64,000 nucleotides of DNA, from contig CAJTNC010000016.1 in assembly GCA_910577955.1 (NCBI GenBank), forward strand, positions 6,995 to 70,994, written 5' to 3'. Within the stretch, counting starts at the first letter, position 1. Every line of letters starts with the position of its first letter. The position numbers were made by a program, and so were the translations under genes. The notes beneath the pieces are model-generated. The model was not told where the DNA came from. It saw nothing but the letters and a program-made list of their open reading frames with translations, and made no database searches. Shown here one piece after another: positions 1-9,194 of the stretch. The DNA comes from an uncultured Lachnospiraceae bacterium (lineage in GTDB: Bacteria > Bacillota > Clostridia > Lachnospirales > Lachnospiraceae).

Positions 1-1
1 C

Positions 2-739
2 ATACGAATAGGAGTGCCTGTTCAGCAGTATGAAAAAGCAAAGCCATACGTAGATAGATGTAAAATAGAAGGTATGGAGGTATTTGTTAATTTTATGAAA
101 ACATACTCTGCCACACCGAAGGAATTTGCGGCGGCGGCGGCAGATATTTATAAGAACGGGGCAGAATGTGTATATATTGTAGATTCTGCGGGGAGTATGA
201 GTGCAAATGATATAGGAGAATATATCGACATTACGAGGCAGGAATCGGATGTTAAGATTGGATTTCATGGGCACAATAACCTCGGACTTGCGGTGGATAA
301 TACATTGTATTGTGTAAGGAAAGGGATAGAATTTATAGATTGCTCTTTTCAGGGGATTGGAAGAAGTCTCGGCAATGCGTCGCTGGAGCAGGTGATAATG
401 GTCTTGGAGCGCAGAGGATACCAGACAGGATTTGACATTCCAAGGGTTCTGGAATACGGATATGCCGGTCTCAGGAACATCATTAGGGAAAAATTGGTTA
501 ATCCTCTTGATTATATCTGCGGCTATGCCGGATTTCATTCTGGTTTTTTGAAAGATATATACAGGTGCTGCAGTGAAAAGGAAGTTGATCCGCTGAGGCT
601 GATAGTGGCATACAGCAAAGAGAATAAGATGACAATGGATTATGAAAGACTTTGTCAAGTGGCAGAGTTGCTGCCAAAAGATTTGGATGATAATCCGTAT
701 AGTTTCGGAGAGTATTTTTCGGCGGGATATAGAGAGTAG
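2..739 (+). CDS. HMGL-like (pyruvate carboxyltransferase / DmpG-type) aldolase, C-terminal part; 5' end lies outside the window
   Basis: Open frame runs from the window edge. It has 'IGFHGHNNLGLAVDNTL' and 'GIGRSLGNASLE' motifs typical of HMGL-like TIM-barrel aldolases. It is a paralog of the N-terminal half of the 5886-7481 product. Confidence 0.65.
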   Translation: MRIGVPVQQYEKAKPYVDRCKIEGMEVFVNFMKTYSATPKEFAAAAADIYKNGAECVYIVDSAGSMSANDIGEYIDITRQESDVKIGFHGHNNLGLAVDNTLYCVRKGIEFIDCSFQGIGRSLGNASLEQVIMVLERRGYQTGFDIPRVLEYGYAGLRNIIREKLVNPLDYICGYAGFHSGFLKDIYRCCSEKEVDPLRLIVAYSKENKMTMDYERLCQVAELLPKDLDDNPYSFGEYFSAGYRE

Positions 740-786
740 CAATATGAGTTTTTGGAAAAACTGTATTGATATAGGTTGATGTATAT

Positions 787-2196
787 ATGTTAAAAAATGA
801 AAAAAGAGTGAATCCTTTTATTAAATCATCCATTGTTTATGTGATCGCAACGGTCATAGGACAGGCGATGTCATTTCTCGGAGTCATTGTTTTCACAAGA
901 TTGATGGGACAAGCAGAGTATGGAGAATACAGTACATATTATGCGTATGTTTCCATATTAACGGTTTTGATTGGTGCAAATTTATACTATGCACTTAATA
1001 ATGCGTATGTTGAGAAAAAAAGTGAGATAAAGGAAATTCGTAAGGCTGTTTTAGTGTTGTCAGTAATTATCATGGCGGCAGTGGCAGCATTTTTATTAAT
1101 TGTGAAAAGCATTGTTTTAGAAAGCACTTCCTATTTTGTAATTGTTATGGCAGCGCTCCATTCGTATGGTTTTTTTGTGGTCACTTACAGGACATATTCT
1201 GCCAATATGGAAAATGATTACAATAAAAAGCAATGGCTTTTAATATTGCCGAATACATTACAATTTATATTTGCACTGTTTTTTATATTGATATTACCGG
1301 AGATGTCATATGAGGCAAGAATAATCGGCAGCACTTTAGGGGTAGTTACAGTCGCGATATTTACTTTTGCGGAGATGGTGCGTTGCGAGGGAAAGCTTGT
1401 TCAGATCAGATATTGGAAATATGCCCTTTCAATTGCCCTTCCGACGATCGTGATGTCTTTGTCGTATATGTTGATGCAGCAGTGTGACAAAGTAATGATA
1501 AGGAATATTTGCGGATCACAGGATACGGCAGTATATTCCGTAATTTATTACATCGGGTATGCCATAATAGCTGTGGATCAGGCTGTGTCGCCTGTCCGTC
1601 AGGCATGGATATTCCAGCGCCTTGATAAGGGAGACTTGTCACAAGTAAGAAAAATGCAGAAATGGTATTTGGTTGTTATGAGTGTGATAGCGATTGGGTT
1701 TATTATGGCGGGACCGGAAATAGTAAAGATACTTGCCCCGAAAAATTATTGGAGGTTTGAGTATGTGGTTCCGTTTGTACTGAGTGCCTGTATGATGCTT
1801 TTATACAGATTCTACGTTGAAGTTATTCTGTTTTATAAGTGTAATGCGGCTCTGTCTGCAGGCGTATTGATATGCGCTCTGATAAATATAGGGCTGAATG
1901 CATTTTTTATTCCGGTTTTCGGGGCAGTCACAGCCTGCTACACGACGGTTGCATCATGCGGATTGCTGTTTCTTTTTACCTGGATATTAGCAAGCAGATA
2001 TGTGCGGGGGATATATTCGTGGCGATATTTTGCAGTGTTTATAACGTGGGTTATAACCATAGCGATAGCGTTTGCTGCCGTTAAAGATTTTGCGGTTGCC
2101 CGCTATGCAATTTTAGCGATAGTTTTATTTGCTGTGTTAGTATACACTATTCGCTCAAAGAAAGAGTGGAAGAGCTTTTTATGGGAGGAAAAATAG
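787..2196 (+). CDS. Oligosaccharide/polysaccharide flippase (Wzx, MOP superfamily)
   Basis: 469 aa with about 12-14 hydrophobic helices. The N-terminus 'IKSSIVYVIATVIGQAMSFLGVIVFTRLMGQAEYGEYS' is typical of Wzx-type flippases, and the context is a glycan locus. Confidence 0.7.
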   Translation: MLKNEKRVNPFIKSSIVYVIATVIGQAMSFLGVIVFTRLMGQAEYGEYSTYYAYVSILTVLIGANLYYALNNAYVEKKSEIKEIRKAVLVLSVIIMAAVAAFLLIVKSIVLESTSYFVIVMAALHSYGFFVVTYRTYSANMENDYNKKQWLLILPNTLQFIFALFFILILPEMSYEARIIGSTLGVVTVAIFTFAEMVRCEGKLVQIRYWKYALSIALPTIVMSLSYMLMQQCDKVMIRNICGSQDTAVYSVIYYIGYAIIAVDQAVSPVRQAWIFQRLDKGDLSQVRKMQKWYLVVMSVIAIGFIMAGPEIVKILAPKNYWRFEYVVPFVLSACMMLLYRFYVEVILFYKCNAALSAGVLICALINIGLNAFFIPVFGAVTACYTTVASCGLLFLFTWILASRYVRGIYSWRYFAVFITWVITIAIAFAAVKDFAVARYAILAIVLFAVLVYTIRSKKEWKSFLWEEK

Positions 2197-2877
2197 TTGG
2201 CTAATCAAAATGTTAAACTGATAATGGGATATCTGCGCAGATTTTTTGAGGGTCCTGTATTCACAAAACAAAAATGGGTGACATTCTGGCGGTATGCAGG
2301 CGAGGCCTGTTCTTTGGTGTATGAGAAGATGACAGGACTGGATTACTCTATGGTCTATTACACCAAGGATGAGAGCGTGCATCATTCTGTATATACAAAA
2401 GTTCCGGACAAGATTTTGCGGCGTATATTTGCAGATGTAAAGGATATTGAAAATAAAAGCTTTATCGATGTAGGATGCGGCAAATGCTATGCGGTTACAA
2501 AAGCGGCACAGAAGGGGTTTAAACGATACGGGGGGGTGGAATACACGAAGCAGCTTTATGATACAGGAATATCTAATTTAAAGAAAAAAGGGTTGTCTGT
2601 GGAAGATGTTTATAACGGGGACGCTAAAGATTTTGACCATTATGGAGATTTTGACGTGTTCTTTTTCAATAATCCTTTTGACGAAACAATTATGGAACCG
2701 GTGGCGAAGAAAATATACGAGACCCACATTGGGCGGGAATGTGTACTCTATTTCCTGAATCCACATTTGAAACCGAGGACAGATGCGGTGGAAAAGGCTG
2801 GATTTAAATGCATAAAAGAGATGGTTGATAAAACCGAGTGGTATTTTAATATAAATGTTTATTCTAATGGAGGTTGA
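2197..2877 (+). CDS. Class I SAM-dependent methyltransferase
   Basis: Motif I 'FIDVGCGKCY', post-I 'GGVEY' and 'FFFNNPF' (an NPPF-like motif IV). TTG start directly abuts the stop of the upstream gene. Confidence 0.6.
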   Translation: MANQNVKLIMGYLRRFFEGPVFTKQKWVTFWRYAGEACSLVYEKMTGLDYSMVYYTKDESVHHSVYTKVPDKILRRIFADVKDIENKSFIDVGCGKCYAVTKAAQKGFKRYGGVEYTKQLYDTGISNLKKKGLSVEDVYNGDAKDFDHYGDFDVFFFNNPFDETIMEPVAKKIYETHIGRECVLYFLNPHLKPRTDAVEKAGFKCIKEMVDKTEWYFNINVYSNGG

Positions 2878-2883
2878 TTGCCA

Positions 2884-4002
2884 ATGAAGAAAAGGGGACT
2901 TGCAGTAATATATGATCCGCATAATCTATACCAGTTTGTGTGGTATTACTGCAATAGGGGAAAAGAAAGGGAGTGGGATGCATTATGTCTGCCAAATGGA
3001 TATAAAGGTGAATATATGCATTCATATTGTGAGGATGCAGAAATTTTTCAAGATATATATCGGGGAGAAGTTGATTTTTCTATTCTTCCAATATCGCAGA
3101 AACTAAAGATGTTTGCTGCGATGTCAATATATTTTATTACGGGGAGAAGGAAGAAATATTGTAAAAAAATCATCAATCAATATGTTGATGTAGAGAAATA
3201 TGATGAATTTGTAGTAATTGCGGATGTTGGAATAGTGTCGGGAGCCTGTGTTGCACTGGGGAAAGAAAAGGAAGTTATTATACTTGAGGATGGAATAAAT
3301 GATTATAGCAGTCGTTCCGTTTTTATTCCGAGAAAAAAAGTAATATCTCTATATGCATGGCAGGGGTTTATTCTATCTTTAATGGGCTATTGCAGTCCGG
3401 GATGGTTTAGATTAAGCACGGACAAGAATTGCATTAAATACTGCAGCTGTCCCGAGAAGATGCAATATAAAAATTACAAAGAAATACGCCAACTTTATTC
3501 AGATGAAAATACGGACACGGTATTGCAGGACAGTATTCTTAGAAAAATGTATCCTAAGTTAAGTGATTATGATTTTTCTAAGGCAGATGCAGTGCTTATA
3601 TCGAGACCATTAGATGATTATGTTAACGCTGCCGATGCATATAAAAGGAAGCTTGAGAGATTTGTGGCAGATAATTATAAATCTGTAATAGTAAAAAAGC
3701 ACCCGAGAGAGCAGGAGGAATATAATTTTGGGACAAAGGTTAATGTCGTTGAAATAGATAATTCCATCCCAGCGGAAATTCTATTGCCGTTTTTGGCCGG
3801 CAGGGATATTTTGGTAACAGCTGCAAGTTCTATATTGTTTTATTTTAAGGCATGCGGTTTGACTTGCAAAATTATATTATTTGACGGGATGTATGAAGAA
3901 AGCCTTAATTCAAATACTAAATGGAAAGCACCTACAGTGGAAGAGATTAAAAATTTCGCGGATAAATTTTGCGAGAATTGTTATGAAATAGTTCTGCTAT
4001 AA
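2884..4002 (+). CDS. GT52-like glycosyltransferase (sialyl/ulosonyl-transferase-like motifs)
   Basis: About 372 aa. Contains the 'ILEDG' (D/E-D/E-G) and 'KKHPRE' (HP) motif pair that characterises bacterial sialyltransferase families. GGAGG lies 10 nt before ATG 2884; TTG 2878 is an alternative start. Confidence 0.5.
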   Translation: MKKRGLAVIYDPHNLYQFVWYYCNRGKEREWDALCLPNGYKGEYMHSYCEDAEIFQDIYRGEVDFSILPISQKLKMFAAMSIYFITGRRKKYCKKIINQYVDVEKYDEFVVIADVGIVSGACVALGKEKEVIILEDGINDYSSRSVFIPRKKVISLYAWQGFILSLMGYCSPGWFRLSTDKNCIKYCSCPEKMQYKNYKEIRQLYSDENTDTVLQDSILRKMYPKLSDYDFSKADAVLISRPLDDYVNAADAYKRKLERFVADNYKSVIVKKHPREQEEYNFGTKVNVVEIDNSIPAEILLPFLAGRDILVTAASSILFYFKACGLTCKIILFDGMYEESLNSNTKWKAPTVEEIKNFADKFCENCYEIVLL

Positions 4003-4274
4003 AAATACGCATAGAAATAAAGTCCGTCTGTAATTGGTCAGGAAACATTGCTGATTATAGGATTTATACTGCTTTTGCTATGAGTTTTGGATAGCTTTTA
4101 TGCTACAGTTCAATAAGAAGTCCCATAATGCGTTTGCCGTTAATTTACTTTGTTGCGCAGTATATTATATGTCTCTTCATATTTTTTGCTTCGAAAGACC
4201 GAAAAGTTATATTATGAGGCTTTAGGAGAATTATTAAATCTTTAATTTTAGCAGTTGTATTTTAGGAGGTGTTT

Positions 4275-5054
4275 ATGAAAGTTATAGGAGTTATACCGGC
4301 TCGTTACGAGTCGTCTCGTTTTCCGGGTAAACCATTAGCTGATATTTGTGGAAAGCCCATGGTTTGGTGGGTATATCAATCATCAAAAAAAGTTGATGAT
4401 TTTGATGCTGTTTATGTAGCAACAGACAATCAAAAAATATTTGAAGTCTGCAAAAAATTAGATATAGATGTCATAATGACATCTGAGGTGCATAAGACAG
4501 GCACTGATCGAATAGGAGAGGTAGCAAGGAAAATTCCGGCAGAACTGTTTGTAAATATTCAGGGAGATGAACCTTTGTTAGAGCCGTCTACTATAAGGGC
4601 GGCGATAGAACCTTTTTATAAGAATGGTGACCTTCAGATATCAAATCTCATGACCAAGATTTCAGACCCGGTGGATGTTGCAAATTTTACAATTCCCAAA
4701 GTTATTACAAATAAGGATGGAATAGGGATTTATCTTACTAGAGCTACAGCACCGTATCCCAAAGGCAGTATTGAATTTAATTATTATAAGCAGGTCTGTG
4801 TATATGGTTTTAGGCCGGAGGCGCTTCAATTTTTTTGTGATTATGGTGCTAAGTATGGAAGAGGAAAGGTAGAATCAATAGAAGATATAGAAATTCTCCG
4901 GTTTATTGAAAATGGATATAGGGTGAAATATATAGAAGTGGATTCTGAAACTATCGCGGTAGATACGCCTAAAGATTTGGAGAGAGTACGGGCTATTGTA
5001 GCAGATAAAATTGAAGCAGGTCGGAATCCAAGATTCGGGGGGGGTAAATTTTAG
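4275..5054 (+). CDS. KdsB-like 3-deoxy-ulosonate cytidylyltransferase, paralog 1
   Basis: 'VIGVIPARYESSRFPGKPLADICGKPMVWWVY', 'IQGDEPLL' and 'VDTPKDLERV' are CMP-Kdo synthetase family hallmarks. AGGAGG lies 5 nt upstream of the ATG. Confidence 0.8.
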   Translation: MKVIGVIPARYESSRFPGKPLADICGKPMVWWVYQSSKKVDDFDAVYVATDNQKIFEVCKKLDIDVIMTSEVHKTGTDRIGEVARKIPAELFVNIQGDEPLLEPSTIRAAIEPFYKNGDLQISNLMTKISDPVDVANFTIPKVITNKDGIGIYLTRATAPYPKGSIEFNYYKQVCVYGFRPEALQFFCDYGAKYGRGKVESIEDIEILRFIENGYRVKYIEVDSETIAVDTPKDLERVRAIVADKIEAGRNPRFGGGKF

Positions 5055-5104
5055 ATTAGAATTCTGCCATCTTAAAAAGATTTGTTATAAGGAGGTGGCG
5101 TAGA

Positions 5105-5851
5105 ATGAAAATAGTGGCAGTGATTCCCGCCAGATATAAATCGTCTCGTTTTCCGGGTAAGCCACTGGCTGATATTTGTGGTAAGCCCATGGTTTGGTGG
5201 GTATATCAGGAGGCGAAAAAAGTAAAAGAGTATGATCGGGTTATTGTTGCAACAGAAAGCAAAATTATTGCTGATAGGTGTCATGAGTTTGGGATGGAAG
5301 TAATGCTTACTTCTGATATGCATCCTACCGGCACTGATAGGGTAGCCGAGGTTGCGCAAAAGATAGAAGCTGATTTATATGTAATTATTATGGGAGATGA
5401 GCCTTTACTAACAGCACGGGATGAGCGGAAGCTTATTCAGTCCATATCAAATAGGCAGGATGCAGACGCAGTAATGCTTACAGAGAGATTCAAGAATCCT
5501 ATTGATGTGGCAAATATGACAACCATAAAATTAGCTATAAACGATAAAGGATATCTCATTTTTATGTCAAGAGCGATTATACCTTATCCTAAAGAAGCAT
5601 TGGGGTATTCGATTTATAAAAATGTAGGTTGCTATGCATTACGAAAAGAAGCGTTGGATTTTTATCTTAAAACTAAACCAGGCAATATTGAAAAAGCAGA
5701 AGGAATAGAATTGTTACGCTTAATTGAGAATCATAAAAAAGTATTTACAGTGGAGATTGAATCGGAATCCATGGCGGTAGATACGCAGAAAGATTTGGAA
5801 CGGATACAAGCAGCTTTTGCGCAAAATAAAGACTACAGGGGACAAAGTTAG
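5105..5851 (+). CDS. KdsB-like 3-deoxy-ulosonate cytidylyltransferase, paralog 2
   Basis: 'VAVIPARYKSSRFPGKPLADICGKPMVWWVY', 'IMGDEPLL' and 'VDTQKDLERI'. Tandem paralog of 4275-5054. Confidence 0.8.
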   Translation: MKIVAVIPARYKSSRFPGKPLADICGKPMVWWVYQEAKKVKEYDRVIVATESKIIADRCHEFGMEVMLTSDMHPTGTDRVAEVAQKIEADLYVIIMGDEPLLTARDERKLIQSISNRQDADAVMLTERFKNPIDVANMTTIKLAINDKGYLIFMSRAIIPYPKEALGYSIYKNVGCYALRKEALDFYLKTKPGNIEKAEGIELLRLIENHKKVFTVEIESESMAVDTQKDLERIQAAFAQNKDYRGQS

Positions 5852-5885
5852 TCTGACATTTTAAGTGGAAGGAATTACGAAAAAT

Positions 5886-7481
5886 ATGAATAAGATCCAA
5901 GTACTTGACTGTACTCTCAGGGATGGTGGCTATTGTAATAATTGGAAATTCGGATTTGAAAATATCAAAAAAATCACAAAAGGTTTAGTGGATGCGGATA
6001 TTGAAATAATAGAATGTGGGTTTATTACAGATAAAGTTTCTTATGATCCGAATTGCTCGAGATTTAATGCTATATCACAGTTGTCAGGTATACTTCCACA
6101 AAACAAGAATGGGAGAGTATTTGTTGTGATGATAAATTATGGGGAATATGATATAGATCAACTTCCCATATGTGACGGCTCTTCAATTGTTGGTATCAGA
6201 GTTGCTTTCCATAAAAAAGATTTAAATGAAGCATTGATTTTATGTAAGCAAATAAAAGAAAAGGGATATATGGTTTTTGTGCAGGCCATGGTGTCATTAA
6301 GTTATAGTGATAATGAGTTTTTATCATTAATACAAAGGGTAAATCAATTAGAACCATATGCATTTTATATCGTGGATAGTTTTGGAATGATGAAAGGAAA
6401 AGATCTTACCCGTCTTTTTTATGTCGTGGAGCACAATTTAAAGGAATCCATTTGGATAGGCTTTCATTCGCATAATAATATGCAGCTTGCTTATTCTAAT
6501 GCTCAGACACTTGTTGGGATTCAGACATGTAGGAATTTGATTATTGATTCGTCAATTTATGGAATGGGAAGGGGAGCCGGTAATCTTAATACAGAATTGT
6601 TTGTTGAATATTTAAATGACAATGGCTTCAAGAAATATGAATTGAAGCCATTGCTTAGTATTATAGATGAAGTCCTTACTCAATTTCATAATAAGAATTA
6701 TTGGGGATATTCTCTGCCTAATTATCTTTCGGCAAAACATAATATTCATCCAAATTACGCCATGTATCTAGATTCTAAAAAAACTTTGACGGCTGAGTGT
6801 ATGGATGAGATTTTTTCTATGATAGAGAAAGAAAAGAGGGTTTCATTTGATAAAGGTTACATTGAAAGTTTATATCAAGAGTATATGGATAGTGGTACTG
6901 CAATTGAGGACAGGCTTGATCAGTTTAAAAAATTAGTATGTCAAAAAGAAGTTATAATTATTGCACCAGGTAAAAGTTCATTATGCGAAGCAGATAAGAT
7001 ACTGCAGTTATATCAGGAAAAAAAACCGGTTGTAATAAGTATCAATTTTGAGTATGGATACGTTTGTACTGATTACATATTTGTAAGTAATCTGCGAAGA
7101 TATCACGAGTTACCGGAAAATCTTCATGAAAAATGCATTGTCACATCAAACATCCCGACAATGGATGTCTTCATAAAATATAGATACAGTGAGTTAACCA
7201 ATAAATATGAAACTGTTAGTGATAACGCAGGTATGATGCTCATAAAATTTTTAATTAAAATGAAAGTTGGAAAAATATATTTAGCAGGGATTGATGGTTA
7301 TTCAATAGATGCTGAGAGTAATTATGCAGATAGTGAAATGTCTTTTTATGTAAAAAAAGTATATTTTGAAACGATGAATAGTGGGATGAATTATGTGTTA
7401 AATGAATATGCGAAGCATATCCCCATAGAGTTTCTTACAGAACCGAAATATATTAATATAGCAAAAGAGACGAGTAATTAA
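5886..7481 (+). CDS. Fusion protein: N-terminal HMGL-like aldolase plus a C-terminal domain resembling DUF115/MptE-like (Maf-type)
   Basis: N-terminal half has 'VLDCTLRDGGY', 'GFHSHNNMQLAYSNA' and 'GMGRGAGNLNTE'. C-terminal half has 'VIIIAPGKSS', 'VVISINF', 'YIFVSNLRRY' and 'YLAGIDGYS', which resemble a Rossmann-like DUF115 layout. The C-terminal assignment is tentative. Confidence 0.6.
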   Translation: MNKIQVLDCTLRDGGYCNNWKFGFENIKKITKGLVDADIEIIECGFITDKVSYDPNCSRFNAISQLSGILPQNKNGRVFVVMINYGEYDIDQLPICDGSSIVGIRVAFHKKDLNEALILCKQIKEKGYMVFVQAMVSLSYSDNEFLSLIQRVNQLEPYAFYIVDSFGMMKGKDLTRLFYVVEHNLKESIWIGFHSHNNMQLAYSNAQTLVGIQTCRNLIIDSSIYGMGRGAGNLNTELFVEYLNDNGFKKYELKPLLSIIDEVLTQFHNKNYWGYSLPNYLSAKHNIHPNYAMYLDSKKTLTAECMDEIFSMIEKEKRVSFDKGYIESLYQEYMDSGTAIEDRLDQFKKLVCQKEVIIIAPGKSSLCEADKILQLYQEKKPVVISINFEYGYVCTDYIFVSNLRRYHELPENLHEKCIVTSNIPTMDVFIKYRYSELTNKYETVSDNAGMMLIKFLIKMKVGKIYLAGIDGYSIDAESNYADSEMSFYVKKVYFETMNSGMNYVLNEYAKHIPIEFLTEPKYINIAKETSN

Positions 7482-7523
7482 AACCGGCAAAGAGTAATTC
7501 GTAAATATGTGTGAGGAGCAAAT

Positions 7524-8066
7524 ATGTTACAAAATTATAATGAAGTTATAGAACTATCAAAGTTAAAGTGGTGTATTATTGATGTTGATGGTACTCTTAC
7601 TGATTCAGGAATTTATTTTGACAGTAATGGAAATGAATTGAAAAAGTTCTCTTCGCGGGATTTTGTAGGAGTAATGGCGGCGCATTATATAGGGGTCAAA
7701 ACGATGATAGTTACAGGACGAGAGTGTGCGGCGACAAAAAGACGTGCAGATGAAATGAGGGTTGACTACCTTTTTCAGCGTGTAAAGGACAAAAAAGGAT
7801 TTGTCAAAAAATTCATGGATGAAAATGGAATAGAAGCGTGCCAGCTTTGTTATATAGGCGATGATTTAAATGATTATGCATCTATGAAGCTTGCTGGTTT
7901 TATAGCTTGTCCCGCGGATGCATGTGAAGAAATAAAGGAGATGGCAAATTATGTGAGCTCTTTTAATGGAGGATGCGGAGTGCTTCAAGATGTTTTTCGA
8001 TATATTCTTTTAAAAACAGGAAAATGGGATAGATTTTTACAGGATGAAGTGGCGAAGGGGTACTAA
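7524..8066 (+). CDS. KdsC-like HAD-superfamily ulosonate-phosphate phosphatase
   Basis: HAD motif I 'IIDVDGTLTD', motif III/IV 'YIGDDLNDY', and a size of about 180 aa typical of the KdsC family. GAGGAG SD. Confidence 0.75.
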   Translation: MLQNYNEVIELSKLKWCIIDVDGTLTDSGIYFDSNGNELKKFSSRDFVGVMAAHYIGVKTMIVTGRECAATKRRADEMRVDYLFQRVKDKKGFVKKFMDENGIEACQLCYIGDDLNDYASMKLAGFIACPADACEEIKEMANYVSSFNGGCGVLQDVFRYILLKTGKWDRFLQDEVAKGY

Positions 8067-8131
8067 GTTATATGTACGGATTTGATAGGAAGGGAATATA
8101 AGTGCTTGGTACATAACATTAAATTAAATGA

Positions 8132-8161
8132 TTGAAAAACAAATTTAAATATTGATATAAT
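8132..8161 (+). promoter_or_regulatory. Candidate sigma-A promoter (TTGAAA-18-TGaTATAAT)
   Basis: -35 TTGAAA at 8132-8137, extended -10 TG at 8153-8154, and a perfect TATAAT at 8156-8161. It sits in the AT-rich gap upstream of the 8413 ORF. Confidence 0.35.
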
Positions 8162-8412
8162 ATGATTGCGTTGATTTTTTCGGTTGCTGGTATTATCATA
8201 TAATTCTTTTTAGGATATTTGATGCTTTGGACACGGGTTTCAGGGTAACAGCGGTCACTTCGATATGGAATTATGTATTATGCAGATTTCAAAGTATAGG
8301 TATTTGTAGTAGAATAAATCATAAGGGATTCCTTATTTTTAGAACATTTTTGATTTTATTTGCAATCTGAAAGAATAAAGGGATCACGATATATAGATTT
8401 GAGGAAAAAATA

Positions 8413-8853
8413 ATGTATACAAGTATTTTAGCCACATTACCTGTAATGATTTCAATTATTGCACTTATTGTTTCGTTTATGTCCTATAGAAATGAACGAA
8501 ATAATGTTATTTCAAATGTTGTATCGGCGGATAGAATCAAATGGATTTCAAGTGTCAGGGATTTAATGTCATTGTTTTTAGAAAAATATATAAATGGATC
8601 AGATCCTGAAGAATTAAAAGTTATAAAATCTAAGATAGATTTATATATAATATTTGATAAGGAAACTTATAATAAGTTTGAAGAAAAATTGAATCATTGC
8701 GTTGTAAATTCCTATACGGATAATGATTATAGGGAATTAGTAATTGAGACGCAGAAAATGCTCAACAGTGTTTGGATTCGAATAAAAACTGAAGCCGGAA
8801 TTGCAACGAAGGATGAAAGAAAAATCAATAAAATTTTAAATAAGAAGCAATGA
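8413..8853 (+). CDS. Small hypothetical protein: one N-terminal TM helix plus a helical, charged C-terminal part
   Basis: 146 aa. 'ILATLPVMISIIALIVSFMSY' is a TM anchor. GAGGAAAA SD. Very AT-rich, with no recognisable catalytic motif. Confidence 0.45.
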   Translation: MYTSILATLPVMISIIALIVSFMSYRNERNNVISNVVSADRIKWISSVRDLMSLFLEKYINGSDPEELKVIKSKIDLYIIFDKETYNKFEEKLNHCVVNSYTDNDYRELVIETQKMLNSVWIRIKTEAGIATKDERKINKILNKKQ

Positions 8854-8935
8854 AAGTTTTTTGAAGGGCATTGATGTACTTTTAAAATACTTTCGATATA
8901 GTTTTGCCGGTATGTAATAGGTGTAAAATATTTTC

Positions 8936-8964
8936 TTGCCAAATTCTCTTTCCTCTGTTATACT
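8936..8964 (+). promoter_or_regulatory. Candidate sigma-A promoter (TTGCCA-17-TGtTATACT) upstream of the Rpn gene
   Basis: -35 TTGCCA at 8936-8941, a 17-nt spacer, extended -10 TG at 8956-8957, and -10 TATACT at 8959-8964. Confidence 0.4.
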
Positions 8965-9194
8965 ATTTTTAAAAGCATATATTCTATTGAAATTTCTGCA
9001 GCGCAGCCTGCATTCTTTGGGAACATTCCCGTCTTATTTCGATTGAAGTCAGTGCTTTTTATTTCAACATTAATTTAAATTGCATGGGATTTCATAAGAC
9101 GGAGGAATTCATTTTCAAAGACAAAGCTGCGGGATGACCGGTTTTAGGCAAAAAAGCTTCTTTCTCCTTCGGGGAATCTCGGAAGGAGGAAGGA

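Noticed and set aside
4003-4268. Promoter search in the 266-bp AT-rich gap upstream of the first KdsB-like gene.
   Set aside because: There are several TATA-like hexamers, but none has a convincing -35 at 16-18 nt spacing. A promoter is likely here, but I cannot place it.
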